DNA of 64,000 bases, taken from NCBI GenBank assembly GCA_964016885.1, contig OZ024743.1, forward strand, positions 182,404,001 to 182,468,000, read 5' to 3'. This DNA is from Eledone cirrhosa (lineage: Eukaryota). This document shows positions 12,928 to 24,761 of the stretch, one piece after another; positions within the stretch are counted from its first letter, which is position 1, and every line of letters begins with the position of its first letter. The notes under the pieces were generated by a model, which did no database searches, had not been told where the DNA came from, and saw only the letters and a list, made by a program, of their open reading frames with translations. The translations under genes and the position numbers were made by a program.

Positions 12928-13468
12928 TGGAGATATTGGATAGCATCAGGATGGCTACACTGAAGTATGTGGTGGCTACGGTTATAGCTAGAGAAATAAA
13001 GTGATAATAAGACTTCTGGAATTCTGTGATGCAGATGAACTAACCATTTGCAACACTAATTTCAGGAAACTGGCCAGGAAACCACTTCCCAATCTGGTAA
13101 ACACACAATCCAGATTGACTTCATGATAGAAAAATGGGAAAGATGGATGTTTATAAATGTTAAATCCTTCTCTGGTGAAGAACGTGCTGCCCAACATAAG
13201 TTAGTTGCTAGTGACATCAAAATAATCATAAGACAGAACAAGAAACATAGGAAAATCTGGAGGAGGGTAGTATGGAAGCTAAAAGACATTTTTGTTAAAT
13301 ATAGGTTTAGGAAAGCTTTAAGGAATGTCCTGCAATGTGAAGATCAAAGATGTGAGGTATTCTGGATTGCAAAGTAGTGTTTTAGTGTGATTAGGATGTT
13401 GTAGGGGAAAAGTTTGTTCAAAATGATTCCATTGCTTTTAACATAACAAATGCTTGTAAGAAAGAGGT
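12928..13468 (+). pseudogene. Decayed RTE LINE APE/linker fragment
   Basis: RLLEFCDADELTICNTNFRK, QHKLVASD..WRRVVWKLKD and EDQRCEVFWIAK, with stops and deletions. Confidence 0.8.
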
Positions 13469-13506
13469 AATATCTGAATGTTTTATATATTTATTCTGTC
13501 TTTCAG

Positions 13507-13632
13507 GTTGACTTGAATAATTCTCTTGAAGATCAGGGACCATTTGATATTATAATCCATAAAATTACAGATGTGTTGCATCGAGCAGATGAAGGAAGTG
13601 AAAAGGACCAGTTATATGCAAATAATTTCAAG
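13507..13632 (+). CDS. ITPK1: Inositol-tetrakisphosphate 1-kinase, 126-nt internal exon
   Basis: Acceptor tattctgtctttcag, donor gtaaga. Encodes VDLNNSLEDQGPFDIIIHKITDVLHRADEGSEKDQLYANNFK, containing the ITPK1 N-terminal QGPxDxIIHKxTD motif; phase 0/0. Confidence 0.93.
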
Positions 13633-13758
13633 GTAAGATGTTAGTTTTTATTGAGGCTTTACCAAATACCATTCAATTGTTCTTTGACAGGTATTGTTTG
13701 CTTTTCTGGGAGAGGAGGAGGAGGAGAAGTAGACAAATAAGTTAAACACTAATCTTTA

Positions 13759-14060
13759 TTAACCCTTTAGTTACCAACCTGGCCAAAATTGGCCATGGTT
13801 CTATGAAATATAACCACCCATTTTAACCCTTTAGTTACCAACCCAGCCAAAGCTGGTCATGTTTCTATGAAATAAAACCATCCATTTTAAAGGTTTCTAA
13901 TTTAAATTAAAATCTTCCAACATAATTTTATATAAGAACCTTACATTAAGTTACTATCTTAGTAATGAAATAATTAAAGATTTTAGTAAATCCTTCAAAA
14001 TTCTTCATTAATTAATTAAAATAGTGTATTTCATTAGAAATGTAGTCATGAGAGGGTTAA
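13759..14060 (+). mobile_element. piggyBac-like MITE with duplicated 5' end
   Basis: TTAA-CCCTTTAG at 13759 and again at 13823; the right end is ..gagaGGG-TTAA at 14054-14060. Confidence 0.7.
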
Positions 14061-15678
14061 ACGTCATATATCCAAAGCTAGCCAATTTCTTGTACTCTGT
14101 CTTAATGTGGACAGCAGATTGGCAGTTTTAATAGAGTATTATTTAAATATTTTATAGTATTTAGTTTTATACTTCTACATTCATATCCTTATGTGATTTG
14201 ACATGGTTTGATAATGTAAGTAGCAGTAATATACTAGGGTCTATTCAGTGAAATATGTCTTCTTCTTCAACATTGATCTAATGTTTCAGAAGACATCAGT
14301 AAATAAATGTATACTCTATCTAGTTGACATTCTTATCATGACCATCCACTCTCATATGAAACTTCCAATGTGTCTGATCAAAACTGAAAGTGATCCACAG
14401 ATATGTGCATATGGATGTATGTATTGCTGGACCTTGCATTATTGGGAGACGGCAGTCTGCTGGCCTGCAATTCCAACTGGTAGTTAGTCAGGTAAAACCC
14501 TCTTCGTTGTCGTTCCCCCTTTGTTTCTGAAACCATTGCTTTGTACACCTCCCTCCTCTCCGGTGTTTCAAATGACAAAACCAATTGATCTAAATAATGG
14601 AATACTGATGTCCACTACACAGTCACTTTTGGGAAACAGATATTTCCTAGCTTCTGTTCTAGCTGTTGCTGCCTCTATTCTTTCAGTTTTTCCAGGCCTG
14701 CCTCTTAGCCCCACCTTGTCTTTTCTTAGCTCCTTCCAGTGTTTCAAGGCTTGCCTCATAATTCATCCCTGTCCTTCCAGACTTGTCCCTTAGCTCCTCC
14801 CAGTATTTTCAGGCTTGTCCTTTAGCTCCTCCCAGTATTACTAGGCCAGGTTTGCCCCTCAGCACTTTCTTTTTTTTTTCTAGGCCTGTCTTTTAACTAG
14901 GATTTCCATATTCACTCCATATACATTCTGCTGTTCTTGATTTAGATGTTTCAAATCTTATTACAGTTTTGCCATATTCTATGATTCTAATCTTTAGGAG
15001 TCATCCTATTTACTCTTTTAAAGTCCTACCTCAAGAGCCAAAAATGTTAACTTTGATAACTTTCGGCCAGTATTGTTATATAACAATTTTTGAATTATTC
15101 ATCTCAGAAATAACTTGTTACTGAGACCTTAAGAAGCCCATCTTTAGTTGATCTTCAGGACATGTCTAAATTTGAGGATAAGAGATATATATTTCTTATA
15201 GATTATATGTAAAACCAGCCTAACTACTGTTTCTCATTGTAGTAAATAGACTTTTGTGTATGAAGTAATATGACACATTTCTATAAAATCAAGTTGTTTT
15301 GTTGCTGCTGGTTAAATGGATCTTTTTTTCAATTACTTTGACAATGAGACATTTAAAGTCTGGCATATGTTTAGTAAACACATTTCACAATGGATGTGCA
15401 GCTCTTATTTAACCATATCAACACCTTTATATAATTTTTCTTGTGTAACCTCTGCTTAAATACACTTGAGCACATTCTCTATCATCATCATCATCATCAT
15501 CACTGTTTTACGTCCGTTCTTCCACGCTAGCATGGTTTAGACGGGTTGTCCTGTTGTGGGCAGTGTCTGGTTGGCTGACCATGCCTTGCTCATACAGGAA
15601 CTCTTTATATATATATATATATATATATACAGTATAAAAAAACGAAAAGTCAGTGATGCATCTGAACCCAGTTTATTG

Positions 15679-15769
15679 CATGTTACAATTGTTTCGCCGG
15701 CAGGTAGCTCGAGACATGATCACTGCATGGATCTGGCTGATTCTACGGCTGCAGGTTTCTTCGGACATG
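15679..15769 (-). ncRNA. Type I hammerhead ribozyme, CCGAAGA core variant
   Basis: CATGT-CCGAAGA-long imperfect stem II-GAAA-CAATTG-TA-ACATG; stem III is the palindrome ACAATTGT. Confidence 0.7.
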
Positions 15770-15981
15770 GGTAGTTCGTTCGGAGCAAATTCTCTCACTG
15801 GGGTGTTATCGTCAAAAGAACACCTTCAAAAAAACATCTTCCACTCCTGTCATGCCATTGGCTGATCCCATTCCACGTCATCTTAAGTTCTGGTCACTAT
15901 TTACTGCTACATGGGTCATCAGCCATTTTCTGTCCGACACACTTCAATGGAGTCATGCTGGGTTTCGATAGTTTCGACAGT

Positions 15982-17165
15982 TTTGATATCACCATGGGGT
16001 CGAGCGACTTGGCACAGGTGACCGACCTCGTGGGGATATATCTCATCCATAGGCTAACAGAGGAGATCCCGGGGATCGGAGGTGGAATATACAGAGACGA
16101 CGCACTTTTCACCTTTTGTTCCCTTAACCCCAGCCAGATGGAGCACATGAAGCGCATATCGCATTTTTTTAAACAACACGGCTTATCCGTGACAATAGAT
16201 CCTAGCACTAAGACGGTCAATTTCCTGGACGTTACCCTGGAAATGAATACGGGCATCCACAGACCGTACCATAAGCCCAACGAAAACCTGCAATATGTGA
16301 ACAGGCAATCGAATCACCCTAAGTCAGTCATAGAAGCCATAGTTAAAGGGGTATCCAAACGCGTATCCACCCTGTCGGCGAACGCAGATGTGTTTAAACA
16401 GCACGCCGAATATTATGAGGCACTGCGCAGGGCCGATTACACAGACACCATACTATATACCCCGAACAGGGAAGAGCCAAGTGATGAGGCGTGCAGAAAT
16501 GGCATTAGTGGGGGCGCCTCCTTAGGTAGAAGAAATGACCCGGTAGCAGTCTCTAGGGACACAAATAGCAACACTAATAACATTAATGATGTAGGAAGGA
16601 CAAAGCCACCCATAGGAGCCAGACCACCCAGTAAGCGGAGGCATGGGCCTGGCATGCACACTGCATGCTCCGCGGCAACTGGGACCAGTGACAGGACATC
16701 GACAAATACGGATGGGGCACACGCCAGAGAGCACACCCAGCCAGGTTGTAGTGGTACAGCACCGACAGCAGCATCACATAGACCTAAGGGGAATAGATGT
16801 ATAGCCGACCACATAGAACGATGTAACTTAATAACTGAAGTACATAACCTTGACGCCCATAGGAGATGTAATTGTGGTTGGGCCGAGCACAGGACGGACA
16901 TCGGGTCCAGGACACACCAACACAAATCCACGCACACGAAGGAAGAGATCTAAGGCCGTTACTTGGTTCAATGCGCCTTACTCCAAACATGTTCGCACCA
17001 ACGTGCCAGGACTTTTCTTCTGAGCACTAGATGAGTGCTTTCCGCCGACGAACAAGTACCACAAAATCTTCAACCGCCACGCAGTGAAGTTTTCCTTCAC
17101 CACAGCACCTAATATGGCCAACTATATGGCTAAAACTAACGCGGTGAAGATGGCGAGCATTGGCT
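15982..17165 (+). pseudogene. PLE reverse transcriptase remnant (Naiad-like)
   Basis: FDITMGS..GIYRDD..NFLDVTL..YHKPN..SNHPKS; after a frameshift RSKAVTWFNAPYS..CFPPTNKYHKIFNRHAVKFS. No GIY-YIG domain is retained. Confidence 0.88.
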
Positions 17166-17344
17166 GTCAACCGCGGCGACAGAGTGACCGTCTTTCGGAG
17201 CGGGGGGGAACCACCCGGGGACCGGCCCTCAAATGACGACCCGGCCCCCGAGGCGACCGGAACGCCCGCGGAGGGCGATATGGTCCAACGCCGAGAGGGA
17301 ACTAGTGGCATAGGGGAGACCACAGTGTCGGCGGAACAACACCC

Positions 17345-17466
17345 TGGGAACCTTGAGAGGGCCATAACAGATCGAGGCCTGGACATCAGATGCGTAAGAA
17401 CTGACAACAGAACTTACGCATCTGATGTCCAGGCCTCGATCTGTTATGGCCCTCTCAAGGTTCCCA
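17345..17466. repeat. Perfect ~51-bp-arm fold-back inside PLE-1
   Basis: tgggaaccttgagagggccataacagatcgaggcctggacatcagatgcgtaag and its reverse complement. Confidence 0.92.
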
Positions 17467-18410
17467 TGGTGACCGGGCCAAGCGTCCCCTTGAATGTGTA
17501 CCCCGTCAATCGAGACTATATACCCTCCACGTGTCCCACGTTGGAACAATTATTATTACTGTTGTTATTGTTTTGTTATTGTTACTTGTTCCATATACGG
17601 ATCTAAGTTTGCACCTCATACTGACTCTGTGTAGTATATCACATGGATACACGCACCTTCTCCCGTACCCCCCCCCCCGTTTTTTATTTACCCCTTTTTT
17701 ATTTATCTCTTTGTGAAGTTACATACAGATTTTAATGTATTTTAAAATATTGTAAATTATTTATTTTATTTTATTTTATGATCCGATTGTGTTTATATGT
17801 GTGTTTTTATGTGTAGACCTGTGCGTAGGTATGTGTGTGTGTATGGGGGTGTATATGTATGCATGTGTGCGTATATGCATGAGCTTATGAGCGTGTGTGT
17901 ACATGCATGTACATGTATGTACATATGTGGCTGAGTGTGTATATATATATGTATGTATAGCTGCGTATGAGTATGTGTGTGCGTATGTATATAAATGTGT
18001 GTGTGTATGTATGTATATGTTGGTCGCTATATGTATTTGTGTGTGTATGTATATGCATGTGTACATCTCACAGGAATGAATATGTGTGCATGCATATATA
18101 GATATATGTATTGTATACTATATTGATATTTTATCTTGTTATTTTACTGTTATTTTATGGTATATTGTGTTTTTTATTATATATTGTATTTATATTTTAC
18201 GGTTTTGTTTATATATGTATATGTGGAAACGTGTGTGTAAGCAAATATGCATATCTGCATGTGGCCGTCCGTGTATATGTATGTAGATGTATATATGTCT
18301 GCATGCATATTTGTATGTATATATGTGGGTGTGCGCATGCATGTAGAGTTTTTTATATGTATGTATGTGTATGTGTGTATATAGTTATGTGTAAGAATGT
18401 GTAGTTTGTA

Positions 18411-18453
<43 letters not shown>

Positions 18454-19289
18454 ATCATCATCATCATCATCGTTTAACGTCCGTGTTCCATGCTTGCATG
18501 GGTTTGGACGGGAGTTTTCCCACTTGAGGCAAGAGTGGTTGTCTTGCTCGCATAGGACTGTCTGGCGGGTTTTCTACAGTTGGATGCCCTTCCTAACACC
18601 AACCACATTTACAGTGTGGGGCTGGGAGGTTTTTACCGTGTTGCCTACATGGCCACATTACAGCGTGGACTGTCTGGCAGGTTTTCTACAGCTGGATGCC
18701 CTTCCTAACACCAACCACATTTACAGTGTGGGACTGGGACATTTTTACCGTGTTGCCTACACGGTCACATTACAGCGTGGACTGTGTGTTTTTTTTTTCG
18801 TGACACCTACACGATCTCATTTGTTTCAGCCTGGATTTTGTGGCACCAACATAACTTTACATTGAAAGGGGCGGTGTGGATGGGGTGGGGGTGGTGGGAC
18901 GGGGGTGTATTTTGTTAGAGATGCCTACTGACTGTAGTAGGTTTTACTTTGTATTTAGGTAACGCGGGTCTTCTCTGTTACTGAGTACCGCCAAAGGTTT
19001 CGGTCCAGTGACATTGTCTTGGAGAGGTGTAAGTGTGTGAGGTCGGAATTTATCAGCTCGTCCCAGGTTTTTCTGGGTCTGCCTACTCCGTGGCTACCGT
19101 CTATCTTTATTGCCCTGCACTTTGTTATACAGCTGTCGTCTTTCATGCGCATCACGTGACCATACCAACGTAGCCTTCTCTCGAGTAAACAACATCTGAT
19201 CCCTCTTATTTCTAATTTTTTCCTTAGTTCGTTTATGCTTTGCCGTTCGCGTATATTACTATTACACATCCAGCGGAGCATGCAAGCTT
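18454..19289 (-). mobile_element. RTE LINE family A 3' fragment nested in PLE-1
   Basis: ORF 18955-19281 (RRLRWYGHV..GRPRKTW); the 3' UTR has an internal duplication and the tail appears as (ATC)n on the + strand. Confidence 0.92.
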
Positions 19290-20155
19290 ATATATAGATA
19301 TATATATATATATGTATATAAGGTTGTGCGTAGGTATGTGTGCGCGCGTATGTGTGTGTATATGTGTATGTTTGCGTGGGTGTGTGTACACATTTGGAAA
19401 TATGTGCGTATAAGTTTTTTATGTGTATGTGCGTGTGTACATGTGTATGTGTGCATATACATATATATATATGTGTATACGCGTGTCTGCATGCGTGTGT
19501 ATGTGTGTGCGTGTCTATGTACACACGCACATATAGATGGAAAAAATATATATAGGTATATATGGTGTGAGTATCTGTCGGTGGGGAGATGTGTGTGTGT
19601 GTGGGCGCGTACGTACGCCCACATAGGGCAGGGTTTGTCTGTGTTTGTATACGGGTGTATATAAACATGTGTGTATACAGACGTGTCTGTCTGCATTTGT
19701 GTGCCTGTGGGACCGGGTGTATGGCGTGGTTCAGACAGGCGCTAATAGGCTTGTGGCGGTTGGTATCTAGAAGTGGGTGTGCCTGGGTTTGTGGCAGAGA
19801 GGGAGAGTGTGTGCGTGTGTATATGTGCATGGGGTATGTGTGTCTACGCATGCATGCGTACATTTGTGTGGGCACGCATGTGTCTGTGCCTGCCCATATG
19901 TGTATATGGGTGTGTGTGTGTATTTGTATGTGTGGGTACATACTCTGGAGTGTGAACTGACATGTGAGATACCAAACCCAGCATGACTCCATTGAAATGT
20001 GTCGGACGGAAAATGGCTGATGACCCGTGTAGCAGTAAATAGTGACCAGAACTTAAGATGACGTGGAATGGGAACAGCCAATGGCATGACAGGAGTGGAA
20101 GATGTTTTTTTGAAGGTGTTCTTTTGACGAGAGAATTTGCTCCGAACGAATTACC

Positions 20156-20246
20156 CGTGTCCGAAGAAACCTGCAGCCGTAGAATCAGCCAGATCCATAC
20201 AGTGATCATGTCTCGAGCTACCTGCTGGCGAAGCAATTGTAACACG
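20156..20246 (+). ncRNA. Type I hammerhead ribozyme, CCGAAGA variant (GAAA changed to GAAG)
   Basis: CGTGT-CCGAAGA..GAAG-CAATTG-TA-ACACG followed by AATAAA; stem I covaries with the 15679 copy. Confidence 0.65.
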
Positions 20247-20377
20247 CAATAAACTGGGTTCAGATGCATCACTGATTTTTGTTTTTTTTATACTATCCAC
20301 ACTCTACTCTGTATGAATATTGAGTGCTAATTTTGGCATACCGCCTATGGAAGCACCATAGCTACCATTATACACAA

Positions 20378-20456
<79 letters not shown>

Positions 20457-20901
20457 CAAATAACGAAACGAAATTAAATTTCGTTTCGTTTGTAACTCAC
20501 TTTTGTATGACTGACGCTTAATTATATAGAGAAAAGGTGAGGTTGGAAATGGCACTGAAAATATATTTAAGGGTCGGTTTTTATTTTTTTCCCCTTCTTT
20601 GATTCGTCAAAGTGGCATTATTGAAAAAAAGAGAGGGACAATTCTTTAAAAAAAAGAGATATATAATGTATATAAAGTTTTACCGGTTTTGATGTATTAG
20701 TAAAATTCATCTTATCAAATGTTGAGTATTACAATTAAAAAGAATAAGGATTAAAAACTAAAAATTAAAGATTTAAAATCAAGTGTTGAGGTAAGTTTTT
20801 GCATCTTACTTGTTGAGAGGGAGACTGTAATGATAAAAATATAATTATATATATTGTATATTATATATATATATTGCGGTGGATTGGCAATATAAATCTA
20901 T

Positions 20902-21088
20902 GGCGGTGGATTGGCAGTATTGGTGGAGAGTCGGACGCCATGCTTTCCAGCATAGTTACGTCCCTTTACGATCTGAGTTCAAATCCCACCGAAGTTGACT
21001 TTGCCTTTCATCCTTATGAGTTCGATAAAATAAAGTACCAGTAATGCACTGGGTAATTGCTGGCCTTGTGCCTAAAGTAGAAACAATT
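20902..21088 (+). mobile_element. tRNA-derived SINE
   Basis: Same head, B-box (gttcaaatcc), core and tail; tail-to-tail with an RTE-A 3' end. Confidence 0.88.
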
Positions 21089-21564
21089 CATCATCATCAT
21101 CATCGTCCATATTCCATGCTTGCATCGGTTTGGATGGGAGTTTTCCCACTTGAGGCAAGAGTGGTTGTCTTGCTCGCATAGGACTGTCTGGCGGGTTTTC
21201 TACAGCTGGATGCCCTTCCTAACACCAACCACATTTACAGTGTGGGGCTGGGAGGTTTTTACCGTGTTGCCTACACGGCCACATTACAGCGTGGACTGTG
21301 TGTTTTTTTGTCGTGACACCTACATGATCTCATTTGTTTTGGCCTGGATGTTGTGGTACCAACATAACTTTACATTGAAAGGGGCGGTGTGGATGGGGTG
21401 GGGGTAGTGGGACGGGGGGTGTATTTTGTTAGAGGTGCCTACTGACTGTAGTAGGTTTTACTTTGTATTTAGGTAAGGCGGGTCTCCTCTATTACTGAGT
21501 ACCGCCGAAGATCTCAGTCCAGTGACATTGTCTTGGAGAGGTGTAAGTGTGTGAGGTCGGAATT
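21088..21564 (-). mobile_element. RTE LINE family A 3' end
   Basis: (ATC)n, complete 3' UTR and the last ~30 codons. Confidence 0.88.
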
Positions 21565-21594
21565 ATATATATATATATATATTATATATATATA

Positions 21595-22147
21595 TCTCTA
21601 TATATATAAAAGCAAGTCGGTCGGTATGTGTGTCTGTCTGTCTCTGTACAAATACTAGGCTCCTTTTAACTTTTAAAGTACTTGGCACACGTATTGCTTA
21701 TATGCCAGAGTAGGTTTTGGACTAAAAATTTATATTGGGGCCGAAAAATCGATTTTGTGTGTGCATCTGTCTGTGTACAAATACTAGGCTCCTTTTAACT
21801 TTTGAAGTACTAGGCCGATTTGCTTCAAGGAATGATATTTCTATGTCCAGTGGAGGGTCAACGTGATAGTGGCAGCGCTATCTTACACATAGGGTTTAGT
21901 CTACTGAAGGACATACGGTGCGTCTATTCCATCTTTATCCCCTTACTCATACCTACTACAGCAAGGCCGGACCTGAAATCATTCTCGTCAATTAACTCAA
22001 GCTACCCCATGAATTGTTTTTATGTTGCCGTTTTGTTAAACTTTTTTTTACAATTACATTTCAATTCTTTGCTCAACCTTTGGCTCTCTTTATACGGACA
22101 AACAGGCTGTCATTCATTTCCCGAGCAACGCCTGGTACATCTGCTAG
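21595..22147 (+). mobile_element. Non-autonomous Helitron
   Basis: 5' A|TCTCTATATATATAAAAG; 3' imperfect GC hairpin cccgagcaacgcctgg followed by CTAG|T; internal ~45-bp duplication (21640 and 21768). Confidence 0.75.
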
Positions 22148-22181
22148 TATTATATATATATATATGTATTATATATTATAT

Positions 22182-23681
22182 ATCATCATGGTCATTGTTT
22201 AATATCTTTCTTCCACGCTGCATGGGTTAGATCGAAATTGTCCCACTTGAGGCAAGATTGATCAGGTGACTGTCTCGTTTGTATAGGACTATTTGGCAGG
22301 TTTTCTATGGCTGGATGCCCTTCATAACACCAACCACATTTACAGTGCAGACTGGGAGCTTTTTATTGTGTTACCTACACAAATACATTACAGCGTGGAC
22401 TCATTAGTTTGGACTGAATGTTGTGGTACCAACATAACTTTACAGAGAAAGGGTGGTCTTGGCGGGAGTGGAAGGATGGAGTAGGGGTAGTGGGTTGGGG
22501 TGTATGTTTGGTTTGGTTTGGAGGAGCCTACTGACTGTAGATTAACTTTGCACGGAGGAGAGGCGGATCTTGTGTGTTACTGGATGGCGCCAAAGATCTC
22601 GATCCAGTGACATTGTCTTGGAGAGGTGTAAGTGTGCAAGGTCGGACTTTATCAAGTCGTCCCAGGTTTTTCTGGGTCTACCTACTCCGTAACTTCCATC
22701 AATTTTGATCGCCCTGCAATTTTTTATACAGCTGTCGTCGTTCATGCGCATCACGTAACCATACCAACGTAATCTTCTCTAAAGTAAACAGCATCTGATC
22801 CCTCTTATTCCTAATTTCTCACTTAGTTCATTTATGTTTAGCCGTTCACGTATATTACTATTACACATACAACAGAGCATGCATGCTTCGTTCCTTTCCA
22901 GTCTGCGCAGGTCCTCTGCACACAATGCCCAGGTCTCACTGCCATGCAACATTGCTGTTCGTATGCAGGCATCATACAATCTGCCTTTCATTTTTAGAGA
23001 GAAACCTTTTGTGGCCAACAGCGGTATAAGCTCTCTGAACTTTTTCCACCCCATTCTAACTGTACTTTCAGAGCACCATCCACCGCTGCTGGTTTTGTCA
23101 CCCACGTAACGGAAACTGTCCACTATTTCTGTAGAACCATCTGGGTAGTAGAAGGAGCTAGTATCCTGTGGGCACCAGCTACTTATTGCACCTGAGCATC
23201 AGCCACATATGAAATCTACGTTCTTAGATAGCCTGCCTGTGATCCCTCTACATCTTTTATGTAGCCATAGTTTGCATTTGGGACATAAAATGGAATTTCT
23301 ACCTACTCCTTTCCTACACACTGAGCATGGTCATTTCCCAGAGGGCACCTGTGCCCTATTTTCCTTTCTACAAATTAGAACTTTAGTCTTAGACAAGTTA
23401 ACTTTAAGGCCTTTTGATTCTAGGCCATGCTTCAATGTGGGGAATTTTTTTTTCTAGTTCGGCCAGAGATTCAGCTATGAGAATTAGATCATCTGCATAT
23501 AGAAGTTCCCATGGGCAGCCGGTTTTAAACTCCACAGTTATAGCCTGAAAGACAAACAGGAGGAGGTTAAGGACAGAGCCTTGATGAACACAAACTTTTA
23601 CTCTAAATTCTTCACTATATTCATTGTTAATTCTAACCTTGCTGACTGTTTCTTTATCTAGAGCATCTCCTTTACCCTTGT
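22182..23681 (-). mobile_element. RTE LINE family A-related copy, disrupted
   Basis: ORFs 22542-22754 and 22779-23123, RT YADD region and PHD-like finger on the minus strand, diverged 3' UTR. Confidence 0.9.
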
Positions 23682-24761
23682 GTGTGTGTTTATACGCGTG
23701 CTTTCATACTCGTATGTGTATTTAATACCTGTATCTGGATGCGTGTCAACTATATTTTCATACAATTTCTTTTTCAACTTATATTATATATGTATTTGTG
23801 GTCACATATACACAAATATACTTGCCCTAATATATGTACTTACGCACACATTTTCACCATACACATGCATTTGTACATACACACATATGTACATTTGTAA
23901 GTGTATATACATACATATACACATACCCTAACTATATTTCCTTATATTTGTTTATATATCTCTTTCATTACTTTTATCTATATATGTTTTGCATTTCTTG
24001 AGGAGACTTTCCAAATATTTCACTATGTTTTATATTACCTTGTCTTATTTGGGAAACCTGCTAAGGAGGTAATTATATTGTATTGTTTATTATACATTAT
24101 ATATATATATATATAATATATATAATATATATATATATATAATATATATATTAATATACTATATATATATATATATAATATATATAAATACAAGGATCTC
24201 ACTTAAACCTATTCTTCTCATATACAAATATTTTAAATATATTTGTTATTTCAAACTCTTAACAATATTTTAAATATATTTGTTATCATTTCAAACTCTT
24301 AATTCCCGCTCCTTAATATCTTCTCCCCCTCCACCACACTCTACAACATGCGGTCAAACCCCCCCGCTCTCTCTCTATCCATATACATATATAAGACAAA
24401 GTAATTCTCTTTCGCCAAATTTGTGGCTGATATTCCTTCATGGTATAATGTAATGTACTCATTTTTCTACCTTTTCTAACATCCGCTTAATTCCATAGTC
24501 CTTCCAATAGCATTTTTCTATCCTCTTTCCAATTCTTGTTTCACTAGCCATCCCATCCTATTTCCTCCTGTATTTTCCAAAACAAATCTCTTGTATTTTT
24601 GTCATGCTTGTAAAATACGGAAGTTTTTGGCGTATTTTACTAAACAAATCTTGTATTTTTGTTTACGTTCGTTAAATACGAGGATCTCACTTAAACCTAT
24701 TCTTCTCGCTAACAACTCAACACCCCTCCCTCCCGCCCCCACGCACCACCATTATTATTAC

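Larger units (their letters stand above)
15631..20294 (+). mobile_element. Penelope-like element PLE-1, 5'-truncated, with inverted pLTR
   Basis: 15631-15965 is an inverted copy of 19974-20294. Contains an RT remnant and a TG-rich 3' region interrupted by an RTE-A insertion. Confidence 0.88.

Noticed and set aside
13461-13506. Cryptic donor (AG|GTAATA) in the LINE remnant just before the ITPK1 exon
   Set aside because: It would leave a ~40-nt intron, and there is no supported upstream exon.
17020-17025. In-frame TGA in the PLE-1 ORF as possible selenocysteine (some Naiad PLEs encode selenoproteins)
   Set aside because: It falls at a non-Cys position (FF*ALDECFP) and is likely CGA>TGA decay. 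The PLE-2 zinc-knuckle Cys codons are TGT/TGC, and I recognised no SECIS.
24187-24720. Short direct repeats and a coding-looking minus-strand stretch (RMGWLVKQELE)
   Set aside because: Possibly a decayed LINE end, but it has stops and no diagnostic motif; it cannot be assigned without a search.
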